Source: a virus
DNA length: 64,000 nucleotides
Virus record (IMG/VR): IMGVR_UViG_3300045988_138952
Coordinates: 4,722-68,721 of that record
Strand: one strand, 5' to 3'
In this document: piece after piece, positions 46,276 to 54,170 of the stretch
Position numbering within the stretch: position 1 is the first letter of the stretch
Layout of the letters: each line of letters opens with the position of its first letter
Notes under the pieces: model-generated
Databases searched by the model: none
What the model was told of the DNA's origin: nothing
The model's input: the letters and a program-made list of their open reading frames with translations, nothing else
Position numbers and translations under genes: made by a program

Positions 46276-46416
46276 ATGTATTTAGGTTTTATTCTTTGGG
46301 CAATTGTTCTGGTAGTAATACTATGGAACATCAACCCGGCGCTGGTTATTACGTCAGCTTTAATAGGAATCGCTATGGCGATAGGAAAAACAAAAGACAA
46401 TAAATCAGGTGAATAA
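46276..46416 (+). CDS. candidate 46-aa two-TM peptide
   Basis: My translation: MYLGFILWAIVLVVILWNINPALVITSALIGIAMAIGKTKDNKSGE. It is preceded by TAAGGAGG. Confidence 0.4.
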   Translation: MYLGFILWAIVLVVILWNINPALVITSALIGIAMAIGKTKDNKSGE

Positions 46417-46417
46417 T

Positions 46418-47260
46418 ATGGAGACTTTAAAGGAAGTGTTTTTGAAGAAATACCCGCAATACGGAAAGGTGTTGCGGGTGTATGAAGAGGTTAACGAAGT
46501 GGAATGTACATTCGACAGCATAACAAAACCGAGGTTGTACAACTTTGTTCAGGCTCTTAATGAAAGGGTGGCCACCAATAGCGCTAAAACCTATTGCGCT
46601 ATGCTTAAATCAATTCTTAACCTGTACAGCGATATGTATTCTTTTCCAAAAGGTTTTGAGGCTATATTGACCTTAAAAAAGGACGCTACGCAAAGTACGT
46701 GGCTAACGGATGACGAGATAAAAACGTTATTGGCGTATAATCCTATTAATGAAACGGAGCGCACTGTAAAAAATTGCTTTTTGCTCGGTTGCCTTACAGG
46801 CGCCAGACATTCGGATTATATAGAATTTACAGAGGACAACATAGTAGACGGAAGGCTGATATATGTTTCACGGAAAACCAAGATTAAAGCGGAGATACCG
46901 GCGGCTCCTGCTGTGCTCCGGATATTGAAAGAAAACCGGGAATACGGCATCAATGAACGAAAGGTTTCGGATGTGACCTTTAATGACACGATAAGAAGCA
47001 TATGCCGGCGATGTGGGATAAGCAAGCGTATAAAGCTGTACCAGGCGGGCGAATATATAACCGGTGAAAAGTGGGAATTTATTTCCTCGCATTCCGCCCG
47101 GAAGTCTTGCGCAACCAACTTATATTTAAGAGGTGCGGACTTGTATTCTATCAGCCGGATGTTAGGGCATTCCAGTGTAACGATGACTGAAACGTATATA
47201 TGCTGCGGGCTGCGTGAATTATCAGATAAAATAATGGGATATTTCAACGGGTTTAAATAA
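46418..47260 (+). CDS. tyrosine recombinase (short, no arm-binding N-domain)
   Basis: Catalytic-type motifs GARHSD, SSHSARKS and LGHSSVTMTETY (the R..HxxR..H..Y series). Confidence 0.75.
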   Translation: METLKEVFLKKYPQYGKVLRVYEEVNEVECTFDSITKPRLYNFVQALNERVATNSAKTYCAMLKSILNLYSDMYSFPKGFEAILTLKKDATQSTWLTDDEIKTLLAYNPINETERTVKNCFLLGCLTGARHSDYIEFTEDNIVDGRLIYVSRKTKIKAEIPAAPAVLRILKENREYGINERKVSDVTFNDTIRSICRRCGISKRIKLYQAGEYITGEKWEFISSHSARKSCATNLYLRGADLYSISRMLGHSSVTMTETYICCGLRELSDKIMGYFNGFK

Positions 47261-47337
47261 TATGCTTTAAAACATGCTGTATAAGATGAATTAAAGAAGG
47301 ATAAACGGTATTTTTGCAAACAATTAAAAACAAGGTT

Positions 47338-47538
47338 ATGAAAACTTACGATGTATATTTCAATGACTCCAATGATTCTAATAACAAGGGTTTTAACGAA
47401 TCATTCGAGTACTGCAAAAATTATATAGAAGCCTATAATGGTACCAATGAATCATATTTCGGGGATTATAAGGGAGGAATCGTCTCAATCGTGTGTAATG
47501 AAACCGGAGAAGAGGTTTACTCAGAGGATATAAGATAG
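47338..47538 (+). CDS. hypothetical protein (66 aa)
   Basis: ORF from the internal ATG of the tracked ORF 47314..47538. Confidence 0.5.
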   Translation: MKTYDVYFNDSNDSNNKGFNESFEYCKNYIEAYNGTNESYFGDYKGGIVSIVCNETGEEVYSEDIR

Positions 47539-47539
47539 A

Positions 47540-47779
47540 ATGGCACAAGAAAGTAAATACGCATACGACGAAGATAATGTAAAGGCTATTGTTCATTGGG
47601 CTTTAACGGCTCAATTACCTGCTCAAATAGAGTTGAGCGAGTCGGAGAATATATTGGATGTCAAGAAATACGTACAGGCGAATATACACGATATAAACCA
47701 GCATTTCCCCGACCCGTTTTATAACCCGTCAATTGACAGGCTGTACAGATTAAAAGAATTTATTGAAGGGCGAGAATGA
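47540..47779 (+). CDS. hypothetical protein (79 aa)
   Basis: ORF starting 2 nt after the previous stop. Confidence 0.55.
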   Translation: MAQESKYAYDEDNVKAIVHWALTAQLPAQIELSESENILDVKKYVQANIHDINQHFPDPFYNPSIDRLYRLKEFIEGRE

Positions 47780-47785
47780 TTTTAT

Positions 47786-47836
47786 AACCCAGTGGGTTGT
47801 TGCGCTTGTTTTGGGTTGAATTTAACCCACTGGGTT
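47786..47836. repeat. pair of near-palindromic 13-mers in inverted orientation (terminator and/or recombination site)
   Basis: AACCCAGTGGGTT (47786-98) and AACCCACTGGGTT (47824-36), each followed by GTT. They lie between convergent genes, next to the integrase 3' end. Confidence 0.5.
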
Positions 47837-47843
47837 GTTTGGA

Positions 47844-48977
47844 TTATAACTTGCTGTCCATCTTTTCAAATTCTTCCTGCACGGACTTATTCAACACCTT
47901 CGCGTATATCTGGGTTGTCTTTATATCTGTATGTCCCATCATTTTGGCAAGGTTTTCGATTGATACGCCCATATTCAGAGCCATTACCGCAAAACTGTGT
48001 CTTGCCATGTGGGAATGAAGGCTTTGCTTTATTCTTGCAATTTCCTGAACGACTTTCAACCTTAAATTATATTGGTAATTGCTTATTATCGGTAGCTTGA
48101 AGTCGTATTTTCTCAATATTTCCATTGCGGGCTTTAGGAGCATAAGAAAGTATTCTTCTTCTGTTTTTATTCTAATATCTCTAATAAAAAATTTGCTTCC
48201 TTTCTTGATTACTCCGCAGAAATCGAATTTGGATAAATCTGCATAAGACAGACCGGTGAAGCATTGGAAGACAAATAAGTCCCTAACCTTACTAATGCTT
48301 TCTGATGTTATTTCTAAGTTCTGTATTTGCTTTATTTGGTCCATGGTAAGGTATTTTATTCCTTCGCTTTTCCCACGGTCAAATTTGAGTCTATTATATG
48401 GGTTGTCTTTTAACAACTCATATTTAATAGCTTCGTTTATATATCTTTTCAAGCGTTTGTGATAGCCATGAACGGTTGTCTGTTTATTATATTTCTTATG
48501 TAGGAAATCATCATAATACATTATGTTGGCCGTTGTTATGTCGGAAAAATAAACGATTCTACCAAATTCTTCCAGAGAGTTTATTAATGTAGCATGGGTG
48601 TTTAAAGTTCCCTTTCTTAAATCTGTTCTTTCGCTTACCCGGCGCTTTATGAAGTCAAGAAAACTCTCTTTCTGCTGTGAATACTTTAGGAAATGCTCCA
48701 GCTTTTCAAAGTTAAAGGGTTCCTTGTTCTTTATAAGTGAGTTGATAAATTCGTTTATATTCTGTATCTGCGCATCGAGTCTTTCGTTCAGGTCTATGGA
48801 CTGAACTGTATTCTTGACTTTGTTTTTTTCGCTCCATTGGTCGGAATATAGCCTAACGCCTGTACTAATCCATTTCCTTTTCCGTTCAAATAATATTTCT
48901 ATCTGAACGGTTCCTTTTGTTGTCTTGCTTGCTGTGTGTTTCCGGTCAAACACAAATCTTACTGTTGGGTACTTCAT
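47844..48977 (-). CDS. int: tyrosine integrase (Bacteroides phage/CTn type)
   Basis: 377 aa. Arm-binding-like N-terminus MKYPTVRFVFDRKHTASKTTKGTVQIEILF. Catalytic C-terminus HMARHSFAV..MGHTDIKTTQIYAKV. Confidence 0.85.
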   Translation of the reverse strand: MKYPTVRFVFDRKHTASKTTKGTVQIEILFERKRKWISTGVRLYSDQWSEKNKVKNTVQSIDLNERLDAQIQNINEFINSLIKNKEPFNFEKLEHFLKYSQQKESFLDFIKRRVSERTDLRKGTLNTHATLINSLEEFGRIVYFSDITTANIMYYDDFLHKKYNKQTTVHGYHKRLKRYINEAIKYELLKDNPYNRLKFDRGKSEGIKYLTMDQIKQIQNLEITSESISKVRDLFVFQCFTGLSYADLSKFDFCGVIKKGSKFFIRDIRIKTEEEYFLMLLKPAMEILRKYDFKLPIISNYQYNLRLKVVQEIARIKQSLHSHMARHSFAVMALNMGVSIENLAKMMGHTDIKTTQIYAKVLNKSVQEEFEKMDSKL

Positions 48978-48991
48978 AATTTAAAAGATTT

Positions 48992-49013
48992 GGTATCACA
49001 CAAGGGTATCACA
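48992..49013. repeat. direct repeats GGTATCACA x2 just upstream of int (third copy at 49235..49243)
   Basis: ggtatcacacaagggtatcaca lies 15-36 nt upstream of the int ATG. Confidence 0.5.
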
Positions 49014-49238
49014 TTTGTTGCACATTTCATGAAATACAATGAAATATAGTGAACTAAAATGAAACAAATATAGAACCGCGTTTGTTCGTATAAATCATTG
49101 ATAATTACATAATATGCTGATAATAAGAAAAAAGGGGTTACATTTCTGTAATCCCTTGCTGTGATTCGCTTGGGATTGTGTTATAAAACTTATTTATTTG
49201 ATTATCACATTGTTATATAGGTTTATTACTGCATGGTA

Positions 49239-49556
49239 TCACAATAGTATCTTTTTTATTTTGCTAATCTGTTCTTCGTATTTCCAGGTATCATCTATCA
49301 TATTGCCTTTCCCAGAACATAGCCACTTAACATTAAGCATAGGGAATGCTTCGGAAATCCGGGATATTATATCACTTCCTATCGTTCCTCTGCCTTTTCC
49401 ACTTTTATCCGAATTACTGATATATCCATTTCCTATATTACAGTATACTTCAAAGGAGCTATATCCTTTTACAATTTTCAGTTCATACCTTGCATAGTGA
49501 GCAAATGTCTTTAGCCTGTCTATCGCCCTTTCGTTTTGTTCTGTATTTTTTTTCAT
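49239..49556 (-). CDS. HTH DNA-binding protein (repressor-family module)
   Basis: ..GSDIISRISEAFPMLNVKWLCSGKGNMI shares the motif repeated twice in 49932..50642. Confidence 0.55.
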   Translation of the reverse strand: MKKNTEQNERAIDRLKTFAHYARYELKIVKGYSSFEVYCNIGNGYISNSDKSGKGRGTIGSDIISRISEAFPMLNVKWLCSGKGNMIDDTWKYEEQISKIKKILL

Positions 49557-49682
49557 TAAATATTTAGTAATAATTTTATTTCACAAAAACATGCTTAATA
49601 ACATATTAATATTCAAAACATTTATTGAACAATGATGTTATATGTTATACAAACTATCATTTTTAATAAACAAAGTAATATC

Positions 49683-49892
49683 ATGGAAGAAGTTAACCTT
49701 TCTGCGCCCTGTATGATGAAGCAAATTAAAATTCTTACGCAACAATTACTACGACTATCCGAGGACCTTGAATTGGCCCACGAAAGAATTTCCGTATTGG
49801 AAAAAGACTTTGAAACGCATAAATCTGAACTGCACCATAAACATCCGGTTTATAAAATGAATATATTACATTCAAAAGTTACCGGATTTTAA
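49683..49892 (+). CDS. small coiled-coil protein (69 aa)
   Basis: MEEVNLSAPCMMKQIKILTQQLLRLSEDLELAHERISVLEKDFETHK... I chose the start at an internal Met. Confidence 0.4.
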   Translation: MEEVNLSAPCMMKQIKILTQQLLRLSEDLELAHERISVLEKDFETHKSELHHKHPVYKMNILHSKVTGF

Positions 49893-49900
49893 GAATAAGC

Positions 49901-49933
49901 AAGAACCGCCCCTACAAAATAGGGGTTGTTCTT
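49901..49933. terminator. bidirectional terminator
   Basis: AAGAACCGCCCCT-ACAAAAT-AGGGGTTGTTCTT lies between convergent genes. Confidence 0.6.
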
Positions 49934-50642
49934 AAGCTGTCTTTTTTTCTTCCAATACATTTTTTACGTCTAAAAGCGCTTGTTCAAGTTCGTCTCTTGC
50001 TTTCGCAATAGTCTGTTCAAGCTCGTTAAACTGTTTTTTCAGTTTACCAAAAAGCCTTTCGTATCTTGAAACGGTTGTTTCATACAGCCTTGACAGCTCA
50101 TCGCAAGAGAGAGACACGGAATCTGTGTCCTGCTGACTCGAACCGCTATCTTCATCTTCTATGAACATAGGTCCTTTGCCGGTGAGGATGTAGTTGGCGT
50201 TGACTTGGGGGTATGCTTCGCAAAGCTGAGCTATTATATCACCAGATATAGCCTTAGTAACCCCTTTTTTGTAATGGGATATTTTAGCTTGTGCATTTTT
50301 CACGCCACAATCTTTTTCAAGCAAATATGGACTAATCTTTAAGCACTCCATAACCTCTAAAAAGCGTTCACTTGCAGCCACGATGATACTTTCACCAATA
50401 TTTTCTTCGTTCTCATTTTTAGAAAAAGGTTGTCCTTCTCCTGTAATAAGCCACACCCGGCTATATTCAGGAAATACTGATAATATTTTATCCGCATAAT
50501 TAGCACTTATGGCTTTTATTTTCCCATCACGAATATCATACAATGGCTGTGCCCTCTTAATCCCCATCAACTGAGATAACTTAGAAAGAGTCACTTTCTC
50601 ATTATCAGTGATAAACTCTAATATTTCCCTACTGTTCATCAT
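49932..50642 (-). CDS. CI-like repressor with two tandem HTH modules
   Basis: ..KAISANYADKILSVFPEYSRVWLITGEGQPF.. and ..KAISGDIIAQLCEAYPQVNANYILTGKGPMF.., plus a C-terminal coiled coil. It is divergent from the operator-flanked promoter. Start is MMNSREIL. Confidence 0.65.
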   Translation of the reverse strand: MMNSREILEFITDNEKVTLSKLSQLMGIKRAQPLYDIRDGKIKAISANYADKILSVFPEYSRVWLITGEGQPFSKNENEENIGESIIVAASERFLEVMECLKISPYLLEKDCGVKNAQAKISHYKKGVTKAISGDIIAQLCEAYPQVNANYILTGKGPMFIEDEDSGSSQQDTDSVSLSCDELSRLYETTVSRYERLFGKLKKQFNELEQTIAKARDELEQALLDVKNVLEEKKTA

Positions 50643-50647
50643 AATAA

Positions 50648-50689
50648 TACTGTATTTATTTGGAGATACAGTAAAATACTGTATCTTTG
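50648..50689 (+). promoter_or_regulatory. early promoter with operators: TACTGTAT-N10-ATACAGTA-AAA-TACTGTAT overlapping -7 box TATCTTTG
   Basis: Half-site at 50648-55, perfect palindrome at 50666-84 and -7 box at 50682-89. The same architecture occurs at 52844..52886. Confidence 0.65.
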
Positions 50690-50693
50690 CACC

Positions 50694-50804
50694 CGTTGCA
50701 AGTAGAGAGGCAACAGACACATGATTAAACAATCGCCCTAACGTGGGCTTTTCTATATGGAAATCCGTTGCCTCTCTACTTTAGCAACGGATTTTTTATT
50801 TTAT
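50694..50804 (+). promoter_or_regulatory. leader with mutually exclusive antiterminator (14 bp) and terminator hairpins
   Basis: AGTAGAGAGGCAAC (50701-14) pairs perfectly with GTTGCCTCTCTACT (50767-80). The latter overlaps the terminator AAATCCGTTGC (50761-71) / GCAACGGATTT (50784-94) plus TTTTTATTTT. Confidence 0.55.
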
Positions 50805-51232
50805 AAAGTACAATCGGTTATTGTTTCCGCTTTACGAGCTACTGCGGAGGGCTATCGGGGAAAATACGTTCGACCAATAACAGATTTAAAACAACCTTCC
50901 GAAGCTTCACGGTGAAAGCCCGTGAGGGGATGCACGAAAGAAGGCAGTCGATTGAAATAAGCAGACTGGTGCGCAGGTGCAGGTTACGAGATAACCAACT
51001 CTGTAAAAGCTGAAAGCCGAGATTGGAAGCACCCAATTCAGAGCCGATGGGGTCGATACCTAACTTATACTGGTAATTTGCCATCGAATTATCCCTGAAC
51101 CGTTAGAGAGAAAAAACGCTCTCTACGGGTAAGGGGATGATTCACTCAAAAATCAACGTTTCCTTCAAACCTGGTAATTTGTAAGTTAACATAAAGTATA
51201 ATAATTACTTGATTAAATAATAACTACATATT
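50805..51232 (+). ncRNA. candidate structured non-coding RNA / long leader (family unknown)
   Basis: About 430 nt with no convincing ORF and visibly more GC than the other intergenic DNA. Many nested helices, e.g. TCACGG-TGAAAG-CCCGTGA, GCT-GAAA-GC, CTCTG..CAGAG and CCGTTAGAGAG-AAAAAACG-CTCTCTACGG. Confidence 0.35.
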
Positions 51233-51424
51233 ATGAAGAAAATAACAAAGATTGAAATTATAATGTCAGTAGATGAAGATTCTGATTTGTATTCAAGAGA
51301 TATATTTTTAAACGGGGAAAAAGTTTTTCACGATGAGTTCAAAAAAAATCTCTTAAATACAAAAGACTTTATTCATGAGTTTGCAAATAAGCTAATAAAC
51401 GGATTTAAGAATGATAGACCATAG
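51233..51424 (+). CDS. hypothetical protein (63 aa)
   Basis: Short ORF, AT-rich. Confidence 0.45.
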   Translation: MKKITKIEIIMSVDEDSDLYSRDIFLNGEKVFHDEFKKNLLNTKDFIHEFANKLINGFKNDRP

Positions 51425-51793
51425 CCATTTAAAAAACATTTGCGGCCACCCGGTCATCGAAAATATAGACAAAATCAAAGCTATTTTTGCTATACGAACG
51501 GATTTTATGGTGGCTTTCTTGCTTTTATTTGACAAGTTCCTATCATATTCATCTCTCTCAATCTGTTCTATTAGGTTGTCAAAGTGTTTAGTATCAATAA
51601 GCCGTTTGGCTTCTTGGGTGACTTGCAAATCTCCATATCCAATATTTTTGCCTGCTCCTAAACTTTTTAGCTTCTCAAAAACTACTGTACCACTACTACC
51701 AAATAATTCTTCGCACTTCTTTTGGGAAATGCTTTTGTTCCTAATAATGTATTCGGTAGCAGATTTGCACATCAAAATCAAATTTTTATCCAT
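51392..51793 (-). CDS. hypothetical protein with C-terminal TM anchor (133 aa)
   Basis: C-terminus IAKIALILSIFSMTGWPQMFFKWLWSII. Confidence 0.55.
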   Translation of the reverse strand: MDKNLILMCKSATEYIIRNKSISQKKCEELFGSSGTVVFEKLKSLGAGKNIGYGDLQVTQEAKRLIDTKHFDNLIEQIERDEYDRNLSNKSKKATIKSVRIAKIALILSIFSMTGWPQMFFKWLWSIILKSVY

Positions 51794-51843
51794 AAAATTA
51801 TATTATCAATTAACCGATTGTACAACATTTCAAAGAACGAATT

Positions 51844-52080
51844 ATGATTAATAAAAAAATTCAATTCAAAGCAGACGGCACACCTATTAAAGATGAATGC
51901 TATCTTCAGTATGAGAGAGAATGGCTTGACCTAAGAAGAAGGGCAGCAGAGTTTGGTCGCTTTTTACAATCAGAACTTGATAAGCGGTTTGATTTGTCTA
52001 AGAGCGAATGGTGCAAATTACATAGTCATTTGATTACCGAGTATTCCTCTGACAGCAAAATGCTTGACCACATCCTTTAA
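51844..52080 (+). CDS. hypothetical protein (78 aa)
   Basis: ORF followed by a clean terminator. Confidence 0.55.
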   Translation: MINKKIQFKADGTPIKDECYLQYEREWLDLRRRAAEFGRFLQSELDKRFDLSKSEWCKLHSHLITEYSSDSKMLDHIL

Positions 52081-52089
52081 TGTTTCTAT

Positions 52090-52127
52090 GGCTATTGATT
52101 TTACCATATCAATAGCCTTTTGTTTTG
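52090..52127 (+). terminator. intrinsic terminator
   Basis: GGCTATTGA pairs with TCAATAGCC (9 bp), followed by TTTTGTTTTGTTT. Confidence 0.75.
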
Positions 52128-52194
52128 TTTCTCTCTCATTATCACATTAATTTATTAATTATGAAATCAATATATCAAATCTACGCGGACACAT

Positions 52195-52788
52195 TTAAGG
52201 CTCGTTCTTTATTGGAACAACCGAAAGCAAGTTTACTAAAGGGACAACGCCCTCAACCCTTGAAATGTCCATTGCTGAAAGAAGCGTGTCCATTAAAGAA
52301 TCAATTTGAAATTTATGAAATTTCTCCGACATTAAAATTGGTTTTCTTGCAATTAAAATATTAACTATGCTCGTACATTCATTCTGCTTTCCTAAGCTAC
52401 ATAAATGATATATAGATGATATTCCATGAAGATACAACTGAAATATATCAGAATTGCTTTTCTCTTTTTTATTATCATACATCATAAACATTGCAGATTG
52501 AAATTCAAACAGATTGTTTGTTGAACGTATGTATATATCCCTTTCTTGCTTGTTTATTTCCTTTCTTAAGTCTTTTATATCTTTTAATTCCTCCTTTATA
52601 TTTATAGTGGTATATATCTGCCACCCGATAAGCACCGTTATAAGCAACGCTAATACTCCTACTATTATCCCTTGGTAGTCCATTCCCAATTCGGAAGTGT
52701 GCGGATAGGTTCTACATAGAGCTGCCACAGATACCATGATAGATATTGCAGACAATATTAGCGTTATTGTATTTCTATACTTATCCAT
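52195..52788 (-). CDS. two-TM membrane protein (197 aa), possible lysogeny-expressed moron
   Basis: ITLILSAISIMVSVAALC and GIIVGVLALLITVLIGWQIY. It is on the opposite strand to the early operon and is AT-rich. Confidence 0.6.
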   Translation of the reverse strand: MDKYRNTITLILSAISIMVSVAALCRTYPHTSELGMDYQGIIVGVLALLITVLIGWQIYTTINIKEELKDIKDLRKEINKQERDIYIRSTNNLFEFQSAMFMMYDNKKEKSNSDIFQLYLHGISSIYHLCSLGKQNECTSIVNILIARKPILMSEKFHKFQIDSLMDTLLSAMDISRVEGVVPLVNLLSVVPIKNEP

Positions 52789-52843
52789 ATCTATTTAATA
52801 ATTAAACATATACGCAAAACATGTTTTATAACATACATTTATT

Positions 52844-52886
52844 TACTGTATTAGTATTGTTAATACAGTATTTTACTGTATCTTTG
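52844..52886 (+). promoter_or_regulatory. second early promoter with the same operator set
   Basis: TACTGTAT (52844-51), ATACAGTA-TTT-TACTGTAT (52863-81) and -7 box TATCTTTG (52879-86). Confidence 0.65.
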
Positions 52887-53035
52887 CGTCGTTGTTAGAA
52901 CGAAAGAACGACAACAACAAGACATAAAAAATAGAAGCAACCATAAAAGCCGCTTGTATTTGTTTTTATGTCGGCGAATATAGCTATTTTCTATGAAAAA
53001 ACAAATAAAGTGAGAAAATTTATATAATAGATAAT

Positions 53036-53242
53036 ATGAAAATAACAAGAGAAGATATTTTGAAGATTAAACCAGGGACTTCGCTTACTGTACGTCTAAG
53101 TGATTACAGAGCTTGCGATTCGGCGAGAGCTGTTGCTTATAGAGCCGCATTAGCAGACCCAAGACCGGATGTAGAGAGGTATAAGGTGTCTATTAATACG
53201 AAAACATGGGAAATTACAATTACAGCCGTTAAAAAGTTATGA
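53036..53242 (+). CDS. hypothetical protein (68 aa)
   Basis: First ORF after the second early promoter. Confidence 0.6.
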   Translation: MKITREDILKIKPGTSLTVRLSDYRACDSARAVAYRAALADPRPDVERYKVSINTKTWEITITAVKKL

Positions 53243-53487
53243 CTCGCACAGAAGCAAGAATATTAGCAGAAGAACTGTACAAACTTATGCGCAAGGATGT
53301 GAAAAGGATTGTAGAGGAAACAGTGATTGAATGTTTGGATGAATGGGTTGGGGTAGGAGAGGCTGCTAATATTCTTGGGTGCAGTGTTGGTACTTTATAT
53401 AACAATATATCTAATATTCCTCATACAAAGAACGGCAGACTTCTTCGATTTAAGAAATCGGAATTGATTAAATATTTGGAAAGATGA
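53239..53487 (+). CDS. excisionase-like / MerR-type HTH protein
   Basis: ..WVGVGEAANILGCSVGTLYNNISNIPHTKNGRLLRFKKSELIKYL has the HTH_17/Xis pattern. Confidence 0.55.
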   Translation: MTRTEARILAEELYKLMRKDVKRIVEETVIECLDEWVGVGEAANILGCSVGTLYNNISNIPHTKNGRLLRFKKSELIKYLER

Positions 53488-53720
53488 AAACCTACGATTT
53501 AAACAGAGCCTCTCGGCTTGCTCTTCGGATTGCTCTAATAATAGCAATCATGGCGGGATGTATATACAGCAGCCGTGTAGAATACAACGATGATGTATTA
53601 TCCGGCATGAGTTCCGATAAGTATGACTTCATCAGAAGCCGGATAAACGACAGCTCACGGTCGGCGGTAGTATCCGAGTATATGAGTAACAAGCAGTATT
53701 ACGACAGTCTTGACTATTAA
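53484..53720 (+). CDS. small membrane-anchored protein (78 aa)
   Basis: LALRIALIIAIMAGCIY looks like a signal, anchor or lipobox. Confidence 0.55.
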   Translation: MKTYDLNRASRLALRIALIIAIMAGCIYSSRVEYNDDVLSGMSSDKYDFIRSRINDSSRSAVVSEYMSNKQYYDSLDY

Positions 53721-53745
53721 AACCGCGTTGTGTGAACAACGCTCC

Positions 53746-53855
53746 TTCCTCTTAGCTCAGCCAGGCAGAGCATCGCTATGGTTACTTGTTCGAAGGTTTA
53801 GTATCCGGTAATTTCCGGTTAGCGAAGGTCGCACGTTCGAGTCGTGCAGAGGGAG
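53746..53855 (+). tRNA. tRNA-like gene with about 36 extra nt in the anticodon arm
   Basis: Acceptor TTCCTCT/AGAGGGA (7 bp, one G-U), D arm GCTC-AGCCAGGCA-GAGC, T arm GCACG-TTCGAGT-CGTGC. The anticodon stem TCGCT/AGCGA encloses 43 nt instead of 7. Confidence 0.45.
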
Positions 53856-53929
53856 CAAAATACATAGTTCTTTGACGTATTGAATGTGAAATAAGGTTTA
53901 AGTATTTGATATTTAGACTTATTTCAATA

Positions 53930-54170
53930 TAACCGAGGATTGCGGATAGCGGAAACGCGGGGACTCCGTATAGGCTTGGTTATCGTAATTGTCTCTTCGC
54001 ACCGAAATGTCCTACGGTAGAGAGTATGCGGTTTGGGCACCCGTATCGCAAGAGACAAAGGTCATAAAGACAACATAGGCGTCCGATACAGTCTTAAATC
54101 GGTATAAAGTATGCGGTGGTAATGAAAGGCGCCCGTACACGCTTATTATATATACTCCCTTCCCGTCAAA
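53930..54170 (+). ncRNA. candidate structured RNA region (family unknown)
   Basis: ORF-free, relatively GC-rich. Long-range GTCTCTT/AAGAGAC helix, a duplicated GTATGCGGT..CCCGTA hairpin motif and a GCG-GAAA-CGC hairpin. Confidence 0.25.

Noticed and set aside
45295-46280. Strong AGGAGG Shine-Dalgarno sequences before 45314 and 46276, as a sign of a non-Bacteroidales origin for the 44-47.8 kb module.
   Set aside because: Only two genes show it, the others in the module do not, and the composition was not computed. The evidence is too weak.
50839-51084. 81-aa - strand ORF inside the structured island.
   Set aside because: It has no promoter or coupling context and lies opposite to the local transcription direction. 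The region is better explained as RNA.
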